Below the pieces are notes generated by a model. That model searched no databases and was not told the DNA's origin. It saw nothing but the letters and a program-made list of their open reading frames with translations. Source: Tubulanus polymorphus (lineage: Eukaryota > Animalia > Nemertea). From it: DNA of 64,000 nt. The stretch is from the NCBI RefSeq assembly GCF_964204645.1, contig NC_134035.1:10634451-10698450 (forward strand). Reading direction: 5' to 3'. Below, piece by piece: positions 22,541 to 34,761 of the stretch (position 1 is the first letter of the stretch; each line of letters opens with the position of its first letter). The translations under genes and the position numbers were made by a program.

Positions 22541-25500
22541 AATTTTACCGATACTAAACATTATATCGTTAAATTTTCATTTTCACGTGTTAATTTTCTT
22601 CAAATTATCAACGAAGTTTCTAATTCTTTTTCTTGTTTCTTTCTACTTCACGAAATGTCTGAGACGAATTGTATTGATAAGAGATATCTACAACTTCGTT
22701 CTCCGTGTTCTTCCCGTTCTCTCGGTCAGGTTTAAGAATTTAACCATGACAAAGAAGAGGAATTTGCTTAAACAGATGACTAGCGTTCTAGTTTGTTAAT
22801 TCCCGTGGCATTAGTCCCTCAATTGCTTCAATTACTGTGGTAATTCGATTAGACAACTTGAGCTTCTTTAACTAATTTCTCAAGTTTTGATTTCTTCTAA
22901 ATCTTTTTTACCATATTTCTAACCAATTCCGATGCTACTGACTGAAATCATTCACGAATGTTGAAACGTCCTTAAAGAAAGCCTCTTAAATTACGGAGCA
23001 ATTGCTCGCTACAAACTATCATCACTCGTTGAGAAATCCAATGTGAAGTGATGGAACCTGAGTATCTGAATCTTTCGTATCTTAAGTTTAAAAAAGATCT
23101 ATTCGCAGCCTCTGCAAATAACGCGAATTTTTCAACCCGTAAAAGGTTAATATCCGATCCTAATGAAATAATAGCAGATACGAAACGGTATGAAGGCTGA
23201 TTTCTGAAAAATCGTGTCAAAGAAAAAAAAACCCTAGACGCAACTCAGGCAAAGCGTACTGCACGCACCGGCATAACGTAATCGGAATCATAACACCGTA
23301 ATTGGTTTTGTTTGCTTGTAGTGCAAGAATATAACGATTTCCCCCTCGAATGTGTAACTTCGTTAATTGCGATGTCAAATTTTCTTGCTTCATGACGGGC
23401 AATTGTCGCATGTGCCTTAGTCATAGATCCAGTAGAAACAGCAGTGCGCGCTGGCTATTGTATTTCTGTCGGTCCCACGATTTACCGGTCCATTTAACGT
23501 ACAGCACCCGACGCCATTTGAATACTGATCATTCATCCAAATAGACGCGAACGATCTTATGCCCCCCTCTCATATTACCTCGGAAAATGCATTCTCGTAA
23601 ACTTCAGACTTTATTCAGATGAATAACGGCAGATTGCGGTGACTGCGACTGGAAAAGGCAAAACCGTTGTACTGAAAATGAGATAAGGTTGTCCGATTCA
23701 AAACGGTTTTCGAGCATGAAAATCGACGTTACACAGGGATGTTTCGATAGTAAAACACGATGCCGTGATGTGAGATATCGCTAATATTTCTATTGTAAAA
23801 CCTTTCCCGCGGGTATCTGTCACAACGCGGGTGCTATTTCTGTTTGCAAACTCATACGAACACGATTTCGAGTCGTTCGTTTCATTCGCTTTGCGTTGGC
23901 ACGCCGACAGGAAACCTTCGATATTTTCGGAATATCGGACCGCATCCTGAATCGCGGCGAAGAGCAAACAGTCGCGGAATACGACGGTGAATTCCCGTCG
24001 TGTATTCTCGCTAGGCGTTGACGTATATGCTTGTTATCTTTGTTGCAAAGGAAGGAAAAAACCTATACGTTACCACCCGGACTCGAAATATGATACAAAG
24101 TAATATAGATGTATATTTAGCGCAGGTGATAATTGATTAATATATTGTTGACGAGCTCAGTTAGAATATCGTTAAGTACATCACACTCTTTTAGTTATCG
24201 GCGATAGTTATATAACGAGAGGGAGAGAGAGAGGGGGATGAGAGGGGCGGGGGATGGGAGAGAGGGGAAGATAATGGAGAAGAGATTTGAGAAGAAAATG
24301 GATTTCTGCCTGATGATCGCCAGACTATAGATATATAAAATGTATATTGCCTAACGACAAAATACGATGTTTGGTTAGATTCATACGGAGTAATACTTAA
24401 ACAACTACTGATATCAAAAGAATCATACGCAAACCCTATTCATTTGAAATTTAAAAAAAAACATATTGTTTTTTTGGTGCTCTTAGTGAAGCATAATCGG
24501 TGATTACGCCCAGACTTGAGAAACTGTTCTAAAGCTTATCTGAATCGGAAACAATGAGATATTGAAATACGTAATAGAATGAGAAATGTGTTAACAGTGA
24601 TTTATGCTAGATATCAGACGCGTTACGAAATTCCTCCGTTATTTTCTTCGTCGTTTAACGGTTCCCAAAAAAGTCTTTCGATCGCAGTAAGTGTGGGCGA
24701 CAAACGTTCATATTCGGTTAGCCGGAATAACGAACAAGAATTCGATAATGGCCGACTAAAAAAGCCATTGATTGCTCGTATAAAAACCGTCGTCGCCGGG
24801 ATATCTAATTTACCCCACTCGGCATCGCTAGTTGAAGAAACATTTGACTCCGCTACTTTGTGATGGTTAACCTCGTTTTTAAATATTGCATCCGCGAGTC
24901 GTCGTACGCGGATAGTGAGCGCCACCCCGGCCGACCCCGACATCGGCAAAAATCTCGCGCCGAGCAAATTTCTCGCGTAACGTATTTCCAAAATCATTTG
25001 CCGAATAATAACCGCTTAATGATCGACTTAGTGAAAAATCGACGCGGCGATAAACACTTTTCTCGGCGTGTTGGGCTCGTGATTGACCGCGATATGATTT
25101 CGTTTTGCTTGCGACGGTACTGAATTCAGAGGGGGTTTCTGTCACTCGTTACGCCAACACGAAAATCGGAGGGTTGATTAATGCAATCTTCATTGGTTAG
25201 CGACTTAGATTATAGAGAATGTTGTTTAATGAAGATGAAATGCTTTAATAGGCAATGATTAGACACTTGTGTGACTGGTACAAAAGCAAGTGTTGTATTT
25301 CTATAAAAAAAACGCAATATTGACTAAATATTAGCTTAAAATGCAGTTTCACTGATATTTCGGATTAATTACGCCATCAATCCTCGGGGATCTATTCTCG
25401 ATTTTCTAAGAAATTAATCTCCGAAGAAGGGTAGAAGTAACGAAGTAAACCCACGATAATAACGAAATACAGTCCTAAAATGATCCTTGCGCTAAAGTAG

Positions 25501-25642
25501 TCATTCAACGTTTTGACTATATTCTATAAGTAGAATCAGTATTCCAGAAGATGACTAAATAGGATATAGTCGAAACGGTTTCGACTATTATTCTAATAGT
25601 CATCTTCAGGAATCAGTATTGATATAGTCGAAACGTTGAATA
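25501..25642. ncRNA. Interlocked inverted pair of hammerhead-like motifs
   Basis: Minus 25613-25578: AUUC-CUGAAGA-U-GACUAUU(AGAAU)AAUAGUC-GAAAC. Plus 25541-25576: AUUC-CAGAAGA-U-GACUA...UAGUC-GAAAC. Outer tails UAGUC(G/A)AAACGUUGAAU on both strands. Confidence 0.6.
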
Positions 25643-26243
25643 AACTACTAGCGCAAGGAATCATTTTCGCGGGATTTTTGTTGGATTCTCTTTATATAAT
25701 TTGTTTCAATACCAATACGATTAGTTTCTCATATATCAATACGATGATAATTGCGATGACTATCGTCTGTCGAAGACTGGAATCAATGAATTTAGAAGCG
25801 ATTTCGTACATGATTAGATTATTGAAACGTTTCTTTCTGCTGGGTGGGTTAATGCGATCACCAAAAATGCCGATCGATGCCAATTTTACCGTAAATTTAG
25901 GCGCATGCCAAACAATTTCGGCAATGGTTTTCTGATAAGAATTCTATATACGTTATGTCTTAAAGAATGCGATGAATCGATACGAATTCTGTTAGTCTTG
26001 TGGCATTTCGCATTGTTTTAACATCAAAAGCGATACAAATAAAACAAGCTATACAGTGCGGGCGGGTATATTGTCTATAGAATATCCTAAGGCCAGTTTA
26101 CGATAGTCTCGTGGTAGGGTTCGTGTTTGTATTTCGACGTGTAAATATACCTTTTACAACTGCAGTGTATTGCGAATTGCAGTAGTCATCATCCGGAATG
26201 GTATTAACCTACGGTATTATGTATATGTATTCCCTTGTTTTAT

Positions 26244-26582
26244 CATCCTCCCCCGGCAGGGATTCGAACCTGATGGCATCGAGATTGCCACGGCACGAAA
26301 CCCTGCCATAATCGACCGTGTGCGCAGATACATGCGCAGTTCAGATGATGTGATTTTTAGCCAATCAGAAATCCCGTTTTATTTTAGCCCGGGTTTTCCC
26401 ATTTACAGTTCTTCCTTGAAATTTGCCTCAACGATTATACAACGAGCAATCTGATTGGTGCCGCCAGTTTTCGTTCGGAAAGCTGCGCATGTACCTGCGC
26501 GACCGGTCTACTGATGCAGGGGTTCGTGCCGTGGCTGAGTGTAGCGATGCCATCTGATTCGAGTCCCTGCAGAGGGAGGATG
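26244..26582. mobile_element. Mutator-like MITE, family C, full-length copy
   Basis: ~95-bp imperfect TIRs starting CATCCTCCC...GCAGGGATTCGAACC and ending GGGAGGATG. Flanked by an exact 9-bp direct repeat TTGTTTTAT (26235-26243 and 26583-26591). Confidence 0.85.
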
Positions 26583-28324
26583 TTGTTTTATTTACCCTTA
26601 AGCCGCGATCACACGGCGATGATTTGGCTCCTAGGACAAATTGGCCCAGATCAGACTCAAAGAGTCAGATTTGACCCGCACATGGCGCGTTCACACGTAG
26701 ATCTCGTTCTGCAACTAAGGCGAAGCACTTCCAGAACCAAAAACTCTAATTCGATGTGTACAATAAACTCAAGTCTACTAAAAAGAGAATATACAAGCGA
26801 TTAGATAAAGCTTTATCGACACTAACAGTTTCAGATGGAATAATTTGAACCGTGCTAACATGCAAGCACTGGTCGGGTCCAAATGTGGGCCCGTGTCAAA
26901 TAAATATAGGGACCCATTTGGCACCAGGTGTGAATGGTTTTGCCAAACGCTATCTGACAGTTTCCCATGGTATACTGAAATTTAACACTGGTCGGGTCCA
27001 AATTTGGGCCTATGTCAAACAGGCACCAGTGTGAACGGTTGTTTATCTTTATCTTTTTATAGTTTAGTTTATTTCTCCACAACTCAATAATAACACTGCA
27101 CGGAGCAAAAAACAACAAATTACATAAATTGTACAATAAAGTGCAATAAAAAGGGGCCAACTTTGGCTCGATTTTAAAACCGGGTTAAAATTGACCCGTG
27201 TTATAACTGACGCAACTGTAATGTTCCTCGCTCATACGCGCAGCTACTTTCAAACACGTTCTTCGTTGGTTTTCTGGCGATATTTTTTACTCGTCGTTAT
27301 TCAAATTCTAAATATTACCTCGAGTGGATGGCGACGGTTTCGCTACTATAAACGCGATCATCAAAAGAATATCGTCATTTCGATCGGTCGACTGAGTGCG
27401 CCTCGGTAGCGGCAACCGAGTACTCGTGTGTGCGCTCTCCTCCGGGGATGTCGCCGTAACAAAAAGGAAATTACCAAAGCTATCACGTAGGTAAAACCAC
27501 GGTACGCGGGGCCCGAGATTCCTTTGAGGCGCCGGTTTGCCTCCACTTAATCGACACTTGTGATGAATAAACGGAAAATCATTCAGTTTAGTCTCATCAG
27601 CGAAACAAAAACAAGACTTAACACGCATTTCTTTTCACAACCGTAATGGCCAGGTACAATTAATTCTGCTCGTTTTTACGGCGGGAAGTTTCGTGTGGGA
27701 CCACTAGAAAAAAACTTACGTATGCGGTATGTTATGTGCGTATAAGGTATTTTCGCCAATCAGCGCCATAACCAACAGCTTACATCCACTACGCATTTGG
27801 TATGACTATGCTAAAGTCATGTTTTTCAAAATTCTTTGACCCAAATTACTTATCTATGGGAAAATAGGTAAAACTATAACTGGTAGATACTGGTAATAAT
27901 CTCAGTATTCAAATTTGATAAGTAAGACATCTATATTCTTAAATTACTGTGTATCATTATGATGTTGTTTTTTGTTTATCGCTGATGATGGAGTCTAGTC
28001 GAAACTCCAAGACTGTCGGAAAAAAAACAGGCTAATCGTCAACGATGATTTTCTTTCTTATTCGATTAAAATATGTGTTCATGCTGCCACCTGAGCGCCT
28101 GGGCCAAAGCTGCGTCTAAGTTCATTGACAACTTACCAAGCCAGTTACATTCTGTTCAAACTTTTGGCTTTTGGACATATTTTATTGAAATTGATTGCAA
28201 TATCTGCTGTCGATTAGAATAGCAATGATCGGACTTACAGACCAGTTTTAACTCCAAACTTATAGACCGGTGATTCAAATATATATTAGTCAATTGAAAA
28301 ACTCATTGGTTTGGGTTAGAGTTG

Positions 28325-28765
28325 CTCAGAACTTATTCCATATTTCAAGGGACAATTAAAGAAACACTCATTAAAAGTTATAGGCCCCCAATTTTGGAAC
28401 AAATTAAATACAGAAAGAAAAAAATCAAAAAGTTTATTCGTTTTTAAAAAAAGGCTCAAACATTCCCTTGTTGAGCGATATTCGTGATTTATTATGTCAA
28501 TCAGTGTATGTATGTCATTGTTCAGTCAGTATATGTATATGTATGTCAATACATTGTATTATGATCGGTATTATGTCGTTTTTCGACTCTATTTCATTTC
28601 ATTTCATATATTTTCATTTCTAGGGCTGCTTTCTTGTATAAGCTAACACTGTTGCTTCAAAGCAGTCCCTCATCTAATATAATTACAATTTTAATGTATT
28701 TGTTTATCCATTAATTCTGTAAAAATTTTACATGAAAATAAATCATATCATCATATCATCATCAA
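28325..28765 (+). mobile_element. 5'-truncated CR1/L2-group LINE 3' end
   Basis: 28332-28487 reads LIPYFKGQLKKHSLKVIGPQFWNKLNTERKKSKSLFVFKKRLKHSLVERYS* (GPxxWN...SLxxFKKxLK C-terminus). It is followed by a 3'UTR hairpin (GGGCTGCTTT...AAAGCAGTCCC), AATAAA and an (ATC)/(ATCAT)n tail. Confidence 0.8.
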
Positions 28766-30019
28766 CATGTCCCGTGTTCAGTGTTTGATTATACTTCTAT
28801 GTACTAGAAGCCATAAACGTAGCCAACATAAATTGATTATAATGCGTACATCTGATTTGCTGTGAATATGGCAGAAACTCGAATAGCAGTTCCGAGAATT
28901 AACAGTGGCTGAATCTGTTTCGTTAAGGCTTAGGTTTGCCACCAGTTTAATTCGTGAAAAGAGAAATCTTTCCGAGGTCGAGCATTACGATCCAGTTATA
29001 ATATTTCGCGCAGGTTTCAAAACGTCGCATTAGAGGCCTACTCATTTTTTTTCACGCGAAGATTCCTAGGGATTTGTGACACGATATTCTAACGCTAGGT
29101 GATTTATAGTTGGACTGTATTTATACGAACGTTTGAATTTCAGTTGTTAGATTAACGCGAAAGATGAATAACTGGCGTTTGAGGCGTACAAAGGAACTTA
29201 CGCATTAAGGCGGCTTCTGATATCGAGAGAATGACACTTTGTAAACCGAGATATTCTTAAAATCGTGCACGCTAAATTCTTATGATTATCAACGAGTTCA
29301 GATGATCTCTTGATGTACCCCCGAGAAATTAACACCGTTTATCTTCGAACTCGGCAGCCTCCACATTTTCTATTTAGAAACATATTCAACTTATTCAAAT
29401 CAATTTCACTTGATGAAGGTAATCGAATACGTCTGGTGAATACGTTTAGATGAGTGGTTATCATATTACCCGAACACTTAACTTTTAAGACACCTCTCCT
29501 TTCTCGAAACCGACATGAGTTCATTCCGCGAAACGCCTTCGCTTAGTTTTGAATTCAAGTCTTATGTTCTTATCAATTAACCTAAAGTCATAATGCACAG
29601 TAATGAAATCTTCAACAACACAGAAAATTCCACAACATTGAAGTTATATAATAATCAGAATTTTCGGTTTTTTCACTAAAAACCATTAGGAAGGAATTTC
29701 TTGATGTTGGTTCTTGGTGAAACGCCGAAAATTCGGATTTTTAATAAACTTTAACGTTTTGATATTTAAAAAAGACTTTTCGATCTCGTAATTGTGGAAT
29801 ATATATCATACTCGACTTTCGCGATTCATTGCGTAGTTTTACCGCATTATTCATTGAATTTTGTGAATCAAATCATTGTCTTTAAGTGTAGAAGTACTTC
29901 GCGTGGTTACCTCCATCCTCGATGAGTCTAAACGAGAAATTATAACTTGAAAGTTTATTGACGCCTTGAAACATTGCTCAATACTGTCGACAGTATCTAT
30001 GATCAATACAGTTTTTTTT

Positions 30020-30365
30020 GGAATTCAATATATCGATAATTGAATTGAATTGGCCGGCAACCAGTCTAGCCCAAATATATTGATGACGTAGTGTACATCC
30101 TCTTGGAAATAATTATCAAAACTGATCAAATATCAAATAAGAGTTATAGAATATATTTAATTACAATAGTTAGATTCATTGATCAAATACAAAATAAATG
30201 TTTAATATTCACGGAATTAACGCCAAAATTGACGGTTGTAATTATTGTTTAATCATAAGTCAATATCGATGACGTAGTGCACATCAACTCACACATAACC
30301 CCTTAAAACGCGTAGTAGTTATCAATGTATGTAAACATTTGAAACGGTTTTACGGCGTCAAAAAA
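30020..30365 (+). repeat. Dispersed repeat family E carrying two GATGACGTAGTGCACATC boxes
   Basis: Colinear with 22205-22540 (minus) and partly with 5110-5320 (plus). Confidence 0.75.
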
Positions 30366-30762
30366 ACTTTTATTGGGGTTCTTACTCCCGAGGCTATTTG
30401 CACTTAAATTCTTGGAAATTCTGCATAGTTTCACCGGGTATCAATTCGAAGGTGTATTACAGATCTCTAAACGTTTCAAACGGCGAGACATTTGAAACGA
30501 ATCGTTTCTAACCGTCTTCTTTGACAGCCAATGCCGACTACACAATTGAATGAGGAGAACAACAGCGAAAGAAAATCGAACAAAAGCATAGCTAAAGGTC
30601 GGCTTTGCTTATGCCCGAATGTGTAGGTTGACGATTTTGAAGTCGGGGCAGGTCTTAGTTTAGAAATAGTCTGCTCAACAGGGTCGCCCATATTACCAAA
30701 TGACAGCTGCAATCGACCTCGATGATGATAAAGATTGATGGAAAGTTGTATCCGTAAACCGA

Positions 30763-30988
30763 CATCCTCCCGCGGCAGGGATTCGAACCTGATGGCATCA
30801 CCTGATTGCTCGTTGTATAATCGAAGGGCAAATGTTGACAATTTCATGGAAGAACTATAAATGGGAAAACCCGGGCTAAAATAAAACGGGATTTCTGATT
30901 GGCTAATAACGACATCTAAGCTGCGCATGTAACTGCGCACTCGGACTAGTAGGGCAGGGTTTCGTACTGTCGCATTCTCGATGCCATC
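30763..30988. mobile_element. Family C MITE, internally deleted, opposite orientation
   Basis: CATCCTCCCGCGGCAGGGATTCGAACCTGATGGCATC followed by the reverse complement of the family core. Confidence 0.8.
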
Positions 30989-31715
30989 GGTCCGAATTTA
31001 GACGTAACATTTGACGACACACGTTGCCGTAAATTGACAACAAATAATGTTGTTATTATTATACGAGAATGGATGTTAAAGATGAGACTATCACAGACGG
31101 TGAAACCTGTTGAATACCGTGAATATCATAATCGAGTCTGTTTTAATACATATACTCTATCGCTTTATTTGATTATAATGGCTATGAAGTAGGCCCCGAA
31201 GTATTAACAACATTTTTTTTTTCATTTGGCTGCAGTCACAGGAAAGTCATATGAAAGTCATCACAAACCCACAGGCCCATTTATATAAAGAACTCCACAT
31301 GTTCTCCTGTGACTTAGGGCTGAAATGGTGACATCGAAACGAGATGATATTGTTGATAAGCTATCTAGGCTTATGTTGTATAATTCCTAACACGTTGGTC
31401 TACTAATTCCCTATGATAATAACTTATTCGAAAGCGCAACGCTATAGAAATATAATCAGTGCGCTTCGCATTAGACTAAACCATTGAAGTATAATTGCAG
31501 AGTAAAACAATGAGTTGTACAATTATTCGCAAAAATTAATTGCATTATTATTATGAAATACTGTGTACGCGTAAAGAAAATATAGCTTTAGTTTTCTTAA
31601 GACAATTCAAGGGTGTTCGAATTACTATTAACAATTATTTAGATTTGTTTCATTCCACCATCTAAAGAAATGTCCATGTGTACTGAAAATGTTTTTGTAA
31701 ATTTCGCCAGTTTTT

Positions 31716-31878
31716 GGTAGCGATTTCATACGTCATGACGTCCCCAAATTTGGTAGCTATTACTATGGCTTCAACAACATAAAAATATATGTAACATACG
31801 TGTTACATATATTTTTATGTTGTTGAAGCCATAGTAATAGCTACCAAATTTGGGGACGTCATGTATGAAATCGCTACC
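31716..31878. repeat. Near-perfect palindrome: 63-bp perfect arms, 4-nt loop, extended by 15 bp after a 3-nt bulge
   Basis: 31734-31796 is the exact reverse complement of 31801-31863; loop TACG. Confidence 0.95.
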
Positions 31879-33226
31879 CAATTTTTACACCGCTCAATAT
31901 CGTCGACATTGTCACCTTGAGTTTGTCAATGAAGTTGACAATTTAAGCGAAAGTAAATTGTAAAGATGATATAAAATCTTGAACTAAGAAATAAACGGTG
32001 TCCCAAATTTTTGTCATGAGCTAATATTCATTCGACGTTTCGAATTATATATATATATGCTATAAATATCCATCTTCGGGAGCGATAACAACGAGGTTAT
32101 TGAACCCGCAAAGCTTCCAGGGTCGGCATTCGGGCAGATACAATCGAGTGTTGTCAACAAAGTTAAGTCGCGATTCGAATATACACGGCGATAATTCGGT
32201 TAAATTTAGAAACGCTTTCAACAACGCTGGCGATATTCGCAAGTTTCCGAAATGTCCATATCGTGTCTATACGTATACGCGTCTGACACTGAGTTACCGC
32301 AAATGCGATTATATCGGACTCGGCTTTCGTTCAATAGTAGAACAAATGTACATATCCCTTAAAGTATTAATGCAGACATCGCTAGTACGAATGCCATATC
32401 AATCTGAATACGCCGAGTTGACAATACCTCCGACGCGATCGCCGCCACTTTCTTCGTCTTCTCAACAACGTTCAGCCATGAATTGCAGCGCACGCTACAT
32501 ATACACCTTGACATCATCCGTCGTTTCGCAATAGTTTACATATCATAACCATACCATAGCCCTCGGGTATAGCGATAACTAGTATTCGTTTTCACGATTA
32601 CTGTGTCGTATTTATTATTCGATATTTATACACACATCACGGTAAATGCGTACTCTATTCGGCACCGGGCGCTGTTGCCGTTTACGAGTTTCGCTGTTCG
32701 AATATGCCGTTTGAATTACACTTAAAAGAAACGGTTATTCTTGAATTATTTAAACGCTTTTCGTGAATTCGTGGATATCTTAAAGGGTCTCTCGTCGCAT
32801 ATAGCGACGAGCTCGCGAACCGTGCCGTGTTCTGTAAGAATAAAGCACCCGCGTGTAGATAGATTCGAATAACACCTACGTTAATCTGGACTAATAAACC
32901 CTCGGCGCGTTCCCAGCGCATTTATTCGCTAATAAACGGCCGACGGAATGTGGCCATGTTTATGGCGTCATTTCCGGTCGAACAATACCGATCGACTACG
33001 AATTGCAACCATTGATAAAACAACTTACCATCGACAGCTGATGACGTCACGTGTCGCAGCAACTTACAGCGAAAGCAGCGCTTTTAGCCGTTTTTAAAAA
33101 TATACATTTAGTGAAGCTATTTAGGACGTGTTCACGAAATTCGTTGTATTGTACGTAACTGCGTGAGAAATCCCACAATGATTCAGTCAAAGAGGAACAA
33201 TTCTTGAATAGAAGAGTATATATTTT

Positions 33227-33266
33227 GAGCAACGTTTCGGCTAAACGCTATTAGCCATCATCAGGC
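33227..33266 (-). ncRNA. Minimal type I hammerhead-ribozyme-like motif (Penelope-type)
   Basis: Minus: GC-CUGAUGA-U-GGCUAA(UAGCGU)UUAGCC-GAAAC-GUU-GC. Intact core boxes, 6-bp stem II, palindromic ACGU helix III; stem I only 2 bp. Confidence 0.6.
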
Positions 33267-33762
33267 GTTCTGAGAAAATATTGCAGAATAATTATACAAG
33301 AATCGGAAAATAGGATTACGATTTAAGGATTAAGACTAAAGTAATCAAATAACAAAAACCAGATACCAAAGGAGACAAACGACAAACATAATAGAATGCA
33401 CGTTAATGTAAAACGTAACTAGACTTGGCTAATCGTGTCGTATAGAATTAACATTTGGTAATCGATTTCATCAAGGTTACTGTCATCTATTCTATCAGAT
33501 ATAACGAACACAGTCGTCGATAGAAGTTGTATTCTTTGGTTGTATTTCGATTGATAGGGAGGACTGGTTATAAATGTCATGCCAGTCCCGTAGGATCGAT
33601 TCTATCAGGCTTGCTGCTTGTGTCCGACTCTCTCGTGATTATAAAGGATATTTCCAGACAGATTACGGTATTTCTATAGAGTCAATGAGGTTAACCAAGA
33701 CACCTCGTGTTATTGGCTAAACACCTTTACAACGAATAGCCACAGTCAAACGTGGAGGATAG

Positions 33763-34207
<445 letters not shown>

Positions 34208-34407
34208 AATCAAAATTAAAAACAAAGGATACTACGCTTCGAACTCTCACTAGAAATCAACGTTAGCTCTTGACATATACGATAGGTATCTTACAAGTGG
34301 TTGCAACTCGCCATTTTGTTTTTGCTGCATGCGCAGATGGACTACGTTTAAAGCACAAAGAACATGTACGATAACCACTTCGCATACTGCGACTGTGGCT
34401 ATAAATC

Positions 34408-34761
34408 GGGTACCGGCACCGCTAATACTGTGGCAATCGAGGATTCCACGTATGGCAGGTGAGGATCCGCCAGGATCGCTAGTAGTTACCTCGGTTTCCA
34501 CGTTTCAATTTCTTCTATATTTCAATTAATATATATTGAATTCGAATCAACTTTTCGCATTAGTAAATCAATTTCCATCAAGTATATGGTAAAACTATAT
34601 ACCATACACGCATTGGGATCAATCTTATATCTATTTGATGACTTTTTTGACAATATTTCCGTTTGGAAGCCTAAAAATCAAGTTCAGATTCCATCGAAAA
34701 TAAACTAATTTTCACGTAAAACTGAGTGTATTATTACGTCATTAGGTGCGTGCCGGTTCCC
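34408..34761. mobile_element. MITE family F, second copy
   Basis: GGGTACCGGCAC...GTGCCGGTTCCC ends; colinear with 12188-12463. Confidence 0.7.

Noticed and set aside
24623-24997. 124-aa minus-strand ORF
   Set aside because: No domain similarity or convincing splice context; CG-rich non-coding sequence readily yields such ORFs.
26253-26270. tRNA genes at GGTTCGAATCC motifs (also ~19410, 43669, 45844, 61480)
   Set aside because: No cloverleaf; A-box to B-box spacing is wrong; motifs lie in MITE TIRs or SINE-like fragments.
27982-28010. CTGATGA...GAAAC hammerhead candidate
   Set aside because: Stem II and stem I cannot be formed; at best a deleted relic.
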